From assembly GCA_965249575.1 (NCBI GenBank), contig OZ252244.1, positions 992,001 through 1,056,000 on the forward strand: DNA of 64,000 nt, in the 5' to 3' direction. Position 1 is the first letter of the stretch. Each line of letters begins with the position of its first letter. The notes beneath the pieces were generated by a model. The model had not been told where the DNA came from, ran no database searches, and saw only the letters and a program-made list of their open reading frames with translations. A program made the position numbers and the translations under genes. Of this stretch, positions 20,715 to 30,610 are shown piece after piece. Source of the DNA: Gemmatimonadales bacterium (lineage in GTDB: Bacteria; Gemmatimonadota; Gemmatimonadetes; Gemmatimonadales; GWC2-71-9).

Positions 20715-20739
20715 CCATCGACAACGATGCGGCGACGTC

Positions 20740-21120
20740 CTACGCCTGCATGACCCCGCCAAGGCTCAGAACACCCACCAGGGTGAGGCCGTAACCCACC
20801 CCGACTTCCACGATGAGCGCCACGATCCAGATCCAGGCCGCCTCGCTCCACTGCGAGGAGAAAACCACCTTGTAGACGAAGATCGGGATCAATGAATACG
20901 CGATCGCCAGCGCCACGAACCAGGGCGCCTGAAGGAATAGCCCGAAGAGAAAGAACCCAGCCAAACTCGTCACGTTCTTGAGCGCCGTCGCCAAAAACGC
21001 TTTCGCGTAACTCGGCTCATGGATATTGTCGATTTTCTTGGCGGTGATCCCGGACGTGACGACACTGAACACGAAGATGATGAACAGAGCCAGCCAGACT
21101 GCTTGGAAAATCGTGCTCAT
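20740..21120 (-). CDS. Hypothetical 4-TM membrane protein
   Basis: Hydrophobic ORF. Confidence 0.65.
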   Translation of the reverse strand: MSTIFQAVWLALFIIFVFSVVTSGITAKKIDNIHEPSYAKAFLATALKNVTSLAGFFLFGLFLQAPWFVALAIAYSLIPIFVYKVVFSSQWSEAAWIWIVALIVEVGVGYGLTLVGVLSLGGVMQA

Positions 21121-21363
21121 CGTGGGACCAGACTGAGCTTGGACGAGTGCTGCGAGGACCTCGGCGTACACGGCCACCCCCTGTTGTTGGTGACGCCGCA
21201 TTATCTCGTGCCCGAACCGGGCGCACAGGAAGGTTCGGCGTCTCCGATCCCATTCTTGAGTCCTGGCGCGATCGACGGCGGCCCAAGCACTGCGTACCCC
21301 CGGGGCCGACCTCCCCCGATTCTCTCCGCTGGTCCGAGCTGCAACTGTGCGCTACGTCACAAT

Positions 21364-22689
21364 TCAGGGCTCGAGCTTCACCACCTCCCCTCCTTGCATT
21401 ACGAAGTCCACCCGCTCGAGCAGCGTGATGTCCTCGAGGGGATCGCCCCGCACGCCCACGAGATCGCCGTAGCGGCCTGACTGGATCGTCCCGACGTCCG
21501 CACCCCACCCCATCAGCTCGGCGCCATTCTTGGTACCGGCGACGATCGCGTCCATCGGTGGCAGCCCCGCCTCGACCAGCAGGCTGAACTCACGGCCGTC
21601 GGTCGAGTGCGGATCGAAGATGTTATCGGTACCGAGCGCGATCGGGACGCCCGCCTGCCAGGCGCGATGAACCGTGCGGGGCATTTGCGGGCCGATGACG
21701 AGGGCCTTTTCCGCGAGCTGCCCGGTGAGCCGGCCGTCGTTGGCCATTTCGATGATCGCGCCCCCCGCCATGAGCGTAGACACGAGATACGTCCCGCGCT
21801 CCGCCATGAGCCGGATGCCCTCGTCGTCCAAGAGCGTGCCGTGCTCGATCGAGTTCACCCCAGCGCGAACAGCGGCCTTGATGCCGGCCGTCCCGTGGGC
21901 GTGCGCCGCCACGCGGCGCTCGACGAGGTGGGCGTACTGCACGACGGCCCTCAACTCCTCTTCGCCGTACTGCTGCACACCGACCGAATCGCCGAAAGAG
22001 ATCACCCCGCCCGTCGCGCAGATCTTGATGAGGTCCGCTCCGTATTTCACCTGGTATCGGATGGCTCGACGAATCTCTTCGGGGCCATCGGCGTTCCCCT
22101 CCTCGATTCCCGGTTCGTAGCCGAGCGCGCCCGGCGCGAATCCCGTGCTGAGGTCGCAGTGCCCACCGGTGATACCGAGGGCGTGGGCGGCCACCTGCAT
22201 GCGCGGCCCGGCGGCCCACCCGCTATTGATCGCATCGCGGAGCGCGACGTCAGTGAATTTCGGCGCTCCGACTTCTCGCGCCGACGTGTACCCAGCCTCC
22301 AGCACCTCGCGGGCGTTCGACGCGGCCCTGAGCGCCACGTGTGCCGGACTGTACCGCACGCGGTCGCTCTCCCACCCAGGTGCGCCGATGATCGGCGCCG
22401 TGAGATGGGTGTGCGCATCGACGAATCCCGGAAGCACAGTCATCCCGGACAAGTCGATTAGCTCGGCTCCCCGCGGTATCGCGACGCCGGACCCCACCGC
22501 CGTGATGCGGCCATCGGTAATCACGACCACGGCCTCCCGTACGGGATCCGCCCCCGTGCCATCGATCAACGCTCCCGCCCGGACCGCCACCACCCGCGAC
22601 TGGGCCGCCAGATCGCCCCCCGCCGGAAGCCACACCCCGACGGATGCCACCATCGTGAACACTCCACGCCGAACGCGAATCCCCTTCAC
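21364..22689 (-). CDS. Secreted metal-dependent amidohydrolase (Xaa-Pro dipeptidase-like)
   Basis: PGFVDAHTH, IKICATGG, AHAHG, SIEHG, ALGTD. Confidence 0.92.
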   Translation of the reverse strand: MKGIRVRRGVFTMVASVGVWLPAGGDLAAQSRVVAVRAGALIDGTGADPVREAVVVITDGRITAVGSGVAIPRGAELIDLSGMTVLPGFVDAHTHLTAPIIGAPGWESDRVRYSPAHVALRAASNAREVLEAGYTSAREVGAPKFTDVALRDAINSGWAAGPRMQVAAHALGITGGHCDLSTGFAPGALGYEPGIEEGNADGPEEIRRAIRYQVKYGADLIKICATGGVISFGDSVGVQQYGEEELRAVVQYAHLVERRVAAHAHGTAGIKAAVRAGVNSIEHGTLLDDEGIRLMAERGTYLVSTLMAGGAIIEMANDGRLTGQLAEKALVIGPQMPRTVHRAWQAGVPIALGTDNIFDPHSTDGREFSLLVEAGLPPMDAIVAGTKNGAELMGWGADVGTIQSGRYGDLVGVRGDPLEDITLLERVDFVMQGGEVVKLEP

Positions 22690-22868
22690 GGCATACCTCC
22701 TCTGCGGTTCGGATTTGGTTCCTATGCGTTACCAGCGGCCCCCTGCGGCGGGACACCCTCCTGGCGCGACCCCGCCGTCACGTATCTTGTGTCCGGCACC
22801 ACCTCTTTCCATTGCCGCCGCGCCCGCCGAAAGGGGGTGCGGGTCTTTCAGTTGCGAGGGAGCGACCA

Positions 22869-23279
22869 GTGGACCTCAATGTGGGCCAGCGAGCATCCCG
22901 CACCATGGCCGTCACCGCGGACCGCGTCGAGAAGTTCGCCGAGCTATCCGGCGACTACAATCCGCTTCACTTCGACGAAGCCTTCGCGGCGCGAACCCGC
23001 TTTGGCCGATTGGTGGCGCAGGGGGGGCTCACGACGGGTCTCCTCCATGCCATCGTCGCCATGGATCTCCCCGGACCCAGGATGGTCTTCCTGAGCCAGA
23101 ACTGGAAGTTCACCGCGCCGGTGTACATCGGAGACACGATCACCGCGGAGGTGGAGGTCCTCAGCGTTCACGACTCGAAGCCGGTCACTCAACTCGGCGT
23201 TCGAGTGTCCCGCCAGGATGCCGACCTGGTGCTCGAGGGCGAGGCGTGGTGCTACACGTTTTCCCCGTCCGCGGACTGA
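22869..23279 (+). CDS. MaoC-family (R)-hydratase
   Basis: FAELSGDYNPLH, FTAPVYIGDT. Confidence 0.9.
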   Translation: MDLNVGQRASRTMAVTADRVEKFAELSGDYNPLHFDEAFAARTRFGRLVAQGGLTTGLLHAIVAMDLPGPRMVFLSQNWKFTAPVYIGDTITAEVEVLSVHDSKPVTQLGVRVSRQDADLVLEGEAWCYTFSPSAD

Positions 23280-23310
23280 CGAGCGCGCTGACCTCCGGAG
23301 GCCGCCGAGG

Positions 23311-24276
23311 CTAGACCCGCGTCGCTACCGGCTGAGTGAGCAGCCGCTCGCGAAGTAGCGGATGTGTGCGCCATGCCCACCATCCCATCGCTGCGACGGC
23401 GACGAGGTTGCCGCCTCCGATCGCCCACCAGGCCACCCGGCCGAGAACCCACTCGCTCAGGAGCCCGACCGTCGGGACGAACAGTCCTTCGAGACCGACG
23501 AACGCCATCAAGCCCAGCAACCACATCCCCGGTGCTTGCTCGATGCGGTCAGCTGCCCAGGCAAACGCCACCCCCACCACGATGAACGCGGCCACGTGAA
23601 GCATCGTATAGGCGCTCACTATTCCCACGCTCACGACGATCCCGTCGGGAGTGGATGCGCCGAGGAGTATGGCCGACCCCAGTGCGGCCGGTGTGAAGAA
23701 GGGGTGGTAAACCAGCACGTCGACCAGAAAGAGCCAGACGGCCACCGCGCCTGCGCCAAGCAGACCGGTCGCGATGCCATTCGCCAGCAACGGATGGCTG
23801 CCGATGACGCCCAACCCCAAGGGTTCTTTGTCATGCAGCGCCCGGTGCAAATACCCCATCAGCACCATGCCACCCAACACGTTGGCCGCCAAAACGTGCG
23901 GCACGGAGAGCACCGGTGCGTCAAAAATGTTGGCGCCCGCAATTAACAGAGCCCCGTAGTGGGCGGCCGTGAGGACCACCAGGCCGAATACGGCACCCAT
24001 GAGCAGGCCGGGTGAGGCCTCGACCGTGTTCACGAACCAGCCGGTGGCAGTGCCGAGGCCGGCAAAGGCGCCGAAATGAAGTAACGAGTAGGCGATCACG
24101 AGCCGCGCGTCGGGACTCAGCTCGCGATCGAGCACGACGCTCGCCAGGCGTACCGGCGTGTCGAACGCTTCGGCGGTCACGAGATCCAGCACGAGGAACC
24201 AGATCGCCACGAGCGCGCCCGCGAGCACCCCACCAACGGCTCCGTGGATGAGGACCTGTCGCATCGGTCGTTGCAT
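23311..24276 (-). CDS. Membrane protein with two homologous halves
   Basis: GxxxG..VAIWFLVLD..TP..L and G..GA..VAVWLFLVD..FFTPAALG; YSLLHF / YTMLHV. Confidence 0.7.
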   Translation of the reverse strand: MQRPMRQVLIHGAVGGVLAGALVAIWFLVLDLVTAEAFDTPVRLASVVLDRELSPDARLVIAYSLLHFGAFAGLGTATGWFVNTVEASPGLLMGAVFGLVVLTAAHYGALLIAGANIFDAPVLSVPHVLAANVLGGMVLMGYLHRALHDKEPLGLGVIGSHPLLANGIATGLLGAGAVAVWLFLVDVLVYHPFFTPAALGSAILLGASTPDGIVVSVGIVSAYTMLHVAAFIVVGVAFAWAADRIEQAPGMWLLGLMAFVGLEGLFVPTVGLLSEWVLGRVAWWAIGGGNLVAVAAMGWWAWRTHPLLRERLLTQPVATRV

Positions 24277-24439
24277 TGATCACCCCCCAACCAAACAGTG
24301 GAGATCGCTCACGCCCGCTCAAAACGCCCTCGACCAAGTCATCCAGATAGTTGCACCTAGTGCGCCCGGCCGCCAGGGCGTATCGATCGGCACTCGCCCG
24401 AGGCGCGCCGACGGAAGAACGAGCGCACTATTATTCCGC

Positions 24440-25025
24440 ATGCCCGCAGCTACTCACGCCGTCGCGTGGGACGGGAGGGGCGCTGGAGCTCAGCCAGCCA
24501 GACTCGGCCGCCGGTTTGGGCCGCCGGCTTGGGCTCCCCCGTCAACGACTCAACTATCACCTACGGCAGCTCGAGGACGAGGGGCTAGTCGAGGTCGTCG
24601 GCGAACGCAAGCGGCGCAACTGCACCGAGCGCCTGATGCGGGCTGCCGCCAAATCCTACTTGATCGGGCCAGGCACGCTGGGAGAGCTCGCCGCCGACCC
24701 CGCGCGGATTCGTGATCGGGCCTCGAGCGCCTATCTCGTCGCGGTGGCCGCGCGAATCATCCGCGAGGTCGGTAGGCTCCGAAACCGGGCGGACCGGGTG
24801 CGGAAACGACTCCCAACGCTCACGCTCGAGACAGAGGTCCGATTCAGCTCTCCCACCCGGCAGCACGAGTTCGCGCGGGAGCTGTCTCAGGAGATCGCGC
24901 GGCTCGTCGCCAAATACCATGACGATGATGCCGCCGGCGGACGCACATTTCGAGTGCTCTCCGGTGTCCATCCCGTGCCGGGCGCCGGGGACGGCGCCGG
25001 AGATCTCGAAGGGGGGAGGCCATGA
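24440..25025 (+). CDS. ArsR-like winged-helix transcriptional regulator (N-terminus frameshifted near 24470)
   Basis: PDSAAGLGRRLGLPRQRLNYHLRQLE..GLV...RNCTER; PTLTLETEVRF. Confidence 0.8.
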
Positions 25026-25799
25026 CAACACAGCGCGCCGCGCGAGCGGGAGATCGAGATCGATGCTCCCGTCGCCGCCGTATGGCGGGCGCTCACGGAC
25101 GGGACCGAGCTCGCTCGTTGGTTCCCTCTCGAGGCCTGGGTAACGCCCGGCCCCGGCGGGACGGTCACCACGGCGTAGGAGGGCCAGCGAGACGAGCAGC
25201 GAATCGAGGTATGGGAACCCAACCGTCGCTTGCGCACGGTCGGCCGTGAGGGTGGATGGGCGGGGATCGCGACCAACTACGCCCTGCAGGGAACAGGCGG
25301 AACAACGTTGCTCCGGGTCGTGAGCTCCGGTTTCGGACCCGGCGAGGAGTGGGACGACCTCCTTGACGGGTTCGGGCACGGCTGGGACTTCGAGCTCAGG
25401 GGACTCCGCCACTACCTCGAGCGGCATCCGGGCGAAGACCGGGCGGTCGCGTTTGTGCGGGCTCCGTACGCTGGCTCGAAGTCGGAGGCCTGGAAAACGC
25501 TCACCGGGCCAGGTAGCTGGTTCGGGACCGACGGCCTCGATCGATTGGCCGTTGGAGAACGATTCGCCGTTCGCACGGTAACTGGCGACGCCTTTTGCGG
25601 CGTCGTCGAGTTGTGGCAGCCCCCTACACAATTCGTCGGTGCGGTGGAGGGGTGGAACAGGGCACTGCTCCGTGTGGAGCTGTTTGGAAGTCGAGCGACC
25701 ATCTGGCTCTCGACTCACGGAGCTCCCAAAGCGGACGTGGGGGGGCTACAGGATCGGTGGCGCGGGTCGGCGGCCGAGCTCTTCGTGACCGCCACCTGA
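25022..25799 (+). pseudogene. SRPBCC/AHSA1-domain protein with frameshift near 25045 and in-frame TAG at 25176
   Basis: EIEIDAPVAAVWRALTD..LARWFP; VWEPNRRL; LRVVSSGF..GW...L.HYLE. Confidence 0.75.
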
Positions 25800-25871
25800 A
25801 CGGGCGCTGCAGGCGTCCTGTGGTGAATCTGAAGAATGTCAATTCGAAAACGATCACAGGAGGTCTTTGAG

Positions 25872-26222
25872 ATGGGTGGAAAGATCGGAGGGGCGGCCAA
25901 GGTGACTTTTCGATCGAACACCGAAGTCGCCATTCAGGTACCGGACATGGCCAAGGCTGCGGCGTTTTACCGGGACGTACTCGGCTTCCGGGTCGTGTCG
26001 GAGACAGCGGAACATCTTGAGATCGATACGGGCGCGCTGCGGCTCTACGTGATGCCCGGCGACACCCTGCGATCCTTTATTCCGTCGCTCGATGTCCCGA
26101 GCTTCGAGCTGGCGAAGAAGCATCTGATCGCGGCGGGCTGCGCCTCCGTCCCCACCGGATCCGGCGGCGTGTACTTCGAAGATCCGTTCGGCTTCGTGTT
26201 CGATATTGTGGAGAGGGAGTAG
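25872..26222 (+). CDS. VOC/glyoxalase-family protein
   Basis: VPDMAKAAAFYRDVLGF; YFEDPFG. Confidence 0.88.
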   Translation: MGGKIGGAAKVTFRSNTEVAIQVPDMAKAAAFYRDVLGFRVVSETAEHLEIDTGALRLYVMPGDTLRSFIPSLDVPSFELAKKHLIAAGCASVPTGSGGVYFEDPFGFVFDIVERE

Positions 26223-26570
26223 GAAAAGGGCATAGGATTTTGGAGATCTGCGTACCGGCTGCCGGGAGGATCCTCCGGCCCAGCCCTACTCCCTGGCCCC
26301 CTCCCCTCCCCTGTGTCCGGGGTCACTTCGCTCAGCGCCTGACCAACCGATACTAGATCCAGCACAGTGCGCCCAAGTGTGGGAGGCTCGGCATGGTCAA
26401 TTCAGCGTGTGATGCTATTCGGCTTGGCAGTCCTGATGTTCGGACTGCTGGCCCCGGTTGCTGCGCGGGCCAAGAACAGGCGTTACATCGCAACGAGCAG
26501 GTCGTCTTCGAGGGTGCCCCACCCAGCATCCTCGTCGGCATCGACGTCCGGCTGAAACTACCCTGATCCC

Positions 26571-26897
26571 ATGGCCCGGCTGATCAAGTTCTCGTTCGTG
26601 GTTGCGCTCGCCGCCGCCCTACTCGGGGGCGGTTCGTATGCAGTCGCCTGGCTCGCGGTCGGGAAGCTCGTGGGTCCGCGGGGACCCCTTGGCGGCCGAT
26701 CGGTCGAGCTCGCGTACTCCGAGTCCCGTGCAGGCTCCAACCACTCCCCGGGGTGGATCTTCACGTACGGGAGGAGTCAGCTCCAGCACGTTCGCGAAGC
26801 CAAGGTCTACGTGTCGCTGACCGGTGACGTCACCTCGACGAGCCCCAGGGACTTGGCGAGGAGAATCGAAGCTTGGGAGAAGACGATGAAGCCGTGA
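26571..26897 (+). CDS. Hypothetical membrane-anchored protein
   Basis: N-terminal TM helix, 108 aa. Confidence 0.55.
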   Translation: MARLIKFSFVVALAAALLGGGSYAVAWLAVGKLVGPRGPLGGRSVELAYSESRAGSNHSPGWIFTYGRSQLQHVREAKVYVSLTGDVTSTSPRDLARRIEAWEKTMKP

Positions 26898-26946
26898 GAA
26901 ACTCCGGCAGCCCCACCCCGTCGCCCCCATCCCCTGTCCCCTACCC

Positions 26947-28284
26947 CTAGCTCACCTTCCCCGGCGCCCCGTCCGGCCCGCGGTCCCAGTCCTGCACGCT
27001 GGAGATATTCGGCATGCCCCACTGGTGACCGTTCCACCCGTCGAAGCCGTCCATTCGCAACGCCCAGAACCCGGTGGTCATGTCCGCGGTAACGATTAAG
27101 CCATCGGCGTTCCGGACATCGATGCCGAACGACCCATTGAAGATCGTGCCGCGCGGGCCCCACTCATGTGGCCCGTCGTAGGTGTCGTAGTACGCGACGG
27201 TATACGGATTCGTGGGATCCATCACGTTGACGACATGTACGCCGTCTTCATAGCCAGAAATGAATGCATACGGCCAGCGCATTTCGACGTTGTGGGCGAG
27301 GTTCCGCCAGTCGGCAGCCCACGCCCCGATCGGCCTCGTGACGTTCTCCACGCGGCCCGTGAGTGCGGGCTCTAGATCGAAAACGCGGATCGGCGACTGG
27401 GTCACGGGAGACGCCGTCAGAGCGTATCGGCCGTCGGGCGTCGGCACGAATGTATGAGCACCTGTTTGCCCCGCGACGCCCACCATCGACGCGAGTAACT
27501 TGGGCTCCTCTACGCGGGTCACGTCGTAGACGTAGTATCCGCCCAACATCGTGACCTCGGGCCCTCCGCCGTAGAACCGATCCTGCCGCGTCGAAGGATC
27601 ATATCCCACGTAGATATCGTGGTAGCCTCCCCTTGCACCGCGTGGCTCGGGAAGCGGCATGCGCGAGATCAACCCGCCATTGGGCTCCCCCGCGAGAAAG
27701 CGCCCCATGTCGTAGATGTTGGCCCCGTGTGGCGTAGTGGGTGATGCGCTCACCGTCGCGAAGAGGAGCGCCCGCCCGTCGGAGTGTTTGTACATGAAAA
27801 TGTTGTGGAACCCGCCCGGCGTGTCCGGCGCGCGAATGCGACCCATCTCACGAATGCCGGATGTATCCGGAAGGCCCGTGACGTCGAACACGATTGCGCC
27901 CAAATCGCCGTCTGGCCCACTACTGCGGAATTGGAACGACTGCACGTCGTAGTACCTGCGCCCGACCTTGAAGTACTTATTATCGAGAGCGCGTCCCTGG
28001 TGACCCGTGGGGTCTTCGATGACCCAGGTGTACAGCAACTTCGCCTCGGGCGGATCTCGTACGTCGACGATCGAGAATCCGTAGGTGCCCCTCCTCGAGA
28101 CGTACACGTAGGGTCGCGAGAGCTCCTGTTCGATCTCCAGGTCGTTCGCGTGAAAGGACCCACCCGTAGGGATGTGAGCGACCACGGTCATATTCGAGCT
28201 GCCCTGGAACCCGGGCGGATACTGTGCGGTCGCCGATCCCGCATACAAGGTCAGTACAGCAAACGAGCAGAGTGCGGATCGCAT
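26947..28284 (-). CDS. LVIVD-repeat-like secreted beta-propeller protein (third paralog)
   Basis: Clear homology to 403..1767 (EQELSRPYVYVSRR, PGGFHNIF.YKHSDGR, GWNGHQWGMPN.SS.QDWD.GP). Confidence 0.8.
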   Translation of the reverse strand: MRSALCSFAVLTLYAGSATAQYPPGFQGSSNMTVVAHIPTGGSFHANDLEIEQELSRPYVYVSRRGTYGFSIVDVRDPPEAKLLYTWVIEDPTGHQGRALDNKYFKVGRRYYDVQSFQFRSSGPDGDLGAIVFDVTGLPDTSGIREMGRIRAPDTPGGFHNIFMYKHSDGRALLFATVSASPTTPHGANIYDMGRFLAGEPNGGLISRMPLPEPRGARGGYHDIYVGYDPSTRQDRFYGGGPEVTMLGGYYVYDVTRVEEPKLLASMVGVAGQTGAHTFVPTPDGRYALTASPVTQSPIRVFDLEPALTGRVENVTRPIGAWAADWRNLAHNVEMRWPYAFISGYEDGVHVVNVMDPTNPYTVAYYDTYDGPHEWGPRGTIFNGSFGIDVRNADGLIVTADMTTGFWALRMDGFDGWNGHQWGMPNISSVQDWDRGPDGAPGKVS

Positions 28285-28394
28285 ACGATCTCCGGTTTTG
28301 CGGGGCCGAAGGAGAAACCAGGACGGCATGGTATCACAGGAGCCTCGGCGGCGCGGTGCCGCAGCGCTCCCTTGCCGGAGCCGCCATACATCTC

Positions 28395-28679
28395 TCACTC
28401 GGGGGGACGTGGCAGGGCTGACCGATCGCGTTGTTGGCCGAGTATCCGTTCGGCAAAATCGAGCCGCTCTTCGACCTCTACCAGCCGCGCTTCGGCAGCG
28501 CCATGTTGTTGCTCGACCTGCTCTTCCAGCTCGTGCAGATGCCGCTGCACTTCAACGAGGTCGCCACCCGATTCCGGCGGGCGGCTCAATCGCCTGATCC
28601 AGACGTTGGTGAGCCTCCACACCATAACCCCCCCAGTGATCACAGCCACCACGCCGGCGAACTCCAACACGTCACCCAT
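28395..28679 (-). CDS. Small TM + coiled-coil protein ending EVEERLDFAERIL
   Basis: One TM helix then heptad-rich segment. Confidence 0.7.
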   Translation of the reverse strand: MGDVLEFAGVVAVITGGVMVWRLTNVWIRRLSRPPESGGDLVEVQRHLHELEEQVEQQHGAAEARLVEVEERLDFAERILGQQRDRSALPRPPE

Positions 28680-29349
28680 GGGACGCTCGGGCGTTGACTC
28701 GCGGCGCGCCCCGCTCATAGACGGTGACGCTCCATGTGAGCGTATTGCTCGTAGCCACCGACGCGAACCCCAGACCTTTCACGAACCGATCAATCGCGTC
28801 TGCGGAATGGACAAAGGTCCGAAACGCGTTCCCCCGCAGTCGGCGGATCAGGTTCTCGAGTCCCATGACCATCCGTACGTACCAGACGTCCTTCGGCAGG
28901 CTGAGCGCGAAGAGCCGGCGCGCCTTTCCCGCGGCCCGTTCGACCAGCGGCATATACTTCGGGTAGCAACACACGACGCGGTCCAAGGTGACCACGTCGG
29001 CCTCACCCAGGGTGGACGCCAGATCCACGAAGTCTCCGTGCACGAACTCCACCCGGTCGCCAACGCCACAGCGCTCGGATTCGGACTTGCCGGTTTCCAG
29101 GTACGCGGCTGATGCCTCCACGTGAACGGCCGCCGTGAGGCTCGAGTCGAGCAGCTCGTGGTGAAGAACTCCGATTCCTCCGCCGATATCCAACAGCGTC
29201 CCGTTTGGCAAGCCTGCTACCCGGAGGCCATCGATGATGAGCTGAGTCGTTTTGTCCGGGCCCTTTCGGCGGTACCGGTCGAGATCCCGACGAGCGATCA
29301 CCGGACTGAACTGCGAGTTGGCAGCCCGACAGTGGCCGCTACATGGCAT
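28672..29349 (-). CDS. Class I SAM-dependent methyltransferase
   Basis: LLDIGGGIG, HGDFV, VTLDRVVCCYP. Confidence 0.85.
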   Translation of the reverse strand: MPCSGHCRAANSQFSPVIARRDLDRYRRKGPDKTTQLIIDGLRVAGLPNGTLLDIGGGIGVLHHELLDSSLTAAVHVEASAAYLETGKSESERCGVGDRVEFVHGDFVDLASTLGEADVVTLDRVVCCYPKYMPLVERAAGKARRLFALSLPKDVWYVRMVMGLENLIRRLRGNAFRTFVHSADAIDRFVKGLGFASVATSNTLTWSVTVYERGAPRVNARASHG

Positions 29350-29578
29350 CGGTAACACCTCGCGAACACGAGTCCGCGCGACCGCGCGACGAGTACAACT
29401 CTCCGGTCCATTAAACACCGCGCGACAGGCCAGTCAAGGGATCTCGGTGGGGCGAGGTACCATCTCGCTACTGGCCACTGGCTCCGTCCCCTTCGAGATC
29501 CTAGGTTAGGGACGCCCCCCGCCGTCGAGTTCGACGTTCGCCCAACTGAAGGCTCACCACCACCGAGGTGAGTACCAC

Positions 29579-30610
29579 ATGGAAAACGAGCACGCGCCTG
29601 CTTCGTATCGCGTTCCCTTCGAGTTCACGGGCAAAGCCGGTGAGTACTTCAAGATCTGGATCGTGAACATTCTCCTCACCCTCGTAAGCCTCGGGATCTA
29701 CTCGGCGTGGGCCAAGGTGCGGACCAAACGGTACATCTACGGGAACGCGTCGCTCGACGGCTCCACGTTCGACTATCTGGCGGACCCGGTTAAGATCCTG
29801 AAAGGCCGGCTCATCGTCCTGGCGTTTTTTGTCCTCTACGTTGCGGTCTCGAATGCCGGTCTCGTGGCGCAGGGAATCTTCGGGCTCTTCATTCTAGTCG
29901 TGTTCCCATGGGTCATTGTGCGGGCCCTGGCCTTCAGGGCACGGAACACCACATATCGGAACATCCGATTCGATTTCCGCGCAAGCTATCGCCAATCCGC
30001 CGAGGTCTTCATCGGTGGGCCATTTCTCGTCGGCCTGACGCTCGGGATCGCCTATCCTTATTTCGCGTATCTCCGCAGCCGGCTCGTGGTCGATCACAGC
30101 GGCTACGGCATCACCCCATTCACGCTTTCGGCGCGTGTTGCGAGTTTCTTCCGTATCTACCTGATGGCCGGAGCCGCCCTCCTAGCCGTGGGACTGGCGA
30201 TACCGTTTCTCCTCCCTACGCTGGGAGCCGGACTCGGAGGGGAAGCGGGACCGCTTGCCGCAGTAGTCCTGGTGTTCGTGTACCTAGGGATGGCGCTCGT
30301 CGTAGTTCACGTGCGCACCTCGGTCACCAATCTCATATGGTCGAATACCTCGCTGGGCGATCACGAGTTCGAGAGCACGCTCGAAACACTTCCGATGCTG
30401 TGGCTGTATCTCTCCAATGCGATCGCCATTCTCTTGTCCGCAGGGCTGCTGGTCCCGTGGGCGACGATGCGCATGGTCCGCTACCGGCTCGACCACCTCA
30501 CGCTCTTGGCCGCGAGTGACCTGGACGAATTCGTCGCCGGTGAAGAAAACTCCGTCGCGGCAGCTGGCGAGGAGATCGTCGACTTTCTCGATGTCGACGC
30601 GGGGATATGA
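29579..30610 (+). CDS. YjgN/DUF898-family membrane protein
   Basis: FEFTGKAGEYFKIWIVNILLTLVSLGIYSAWAKVR. Confidence 0.92.
   Translation: MENEHAPASYRVPFEFTGKAGEYFKIWIVNILLTLVSLGIYSAWAKVRTKRYIYGNASLDGSTFDYLADPVKILKGRLIVLAFFVLYVAVSNAGLVAQGIFGLFILVVFPWVIVRALAFRARNTTYRNIRFDFRASYRQSAEVFIGGPFLVGLTLGIAYPYFAYLRSRLVVDHSGYGITPFTLSARVASFFRIYLMAGAALLAVGLAIPFLLPTLGAGLGGEAGPLAAVVLVFVYLGMALVVVHVRTSVTNLIWSNTSLGDHEFESTLETLPMLWLYLSNAIAILLSAGLLVPWATMRMVRYRLDHLTLLAASDLDEFVAGEENSVAAAGEEIVDFLDVDAGI

Noticed and set aside
26367..26555. Small TM ORF upstream of 26571
   Set aside because: No convincing start/RBS pairing or recognisable motif; may be a frameshifted fragment, too weak to call
28672..29349. bchM (Mg-protoporphyrin methyltransferase) / phototrophy
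   Set aside because: Generic methyltransferase motifs only; no photosynthesis genes nearby
29456..29485. Sixth copy of the 30-bp site (GGTACCATC...GGCTCC)
   Set aside because: Central CGGCGGTAA absent and no companion motif; probably chance
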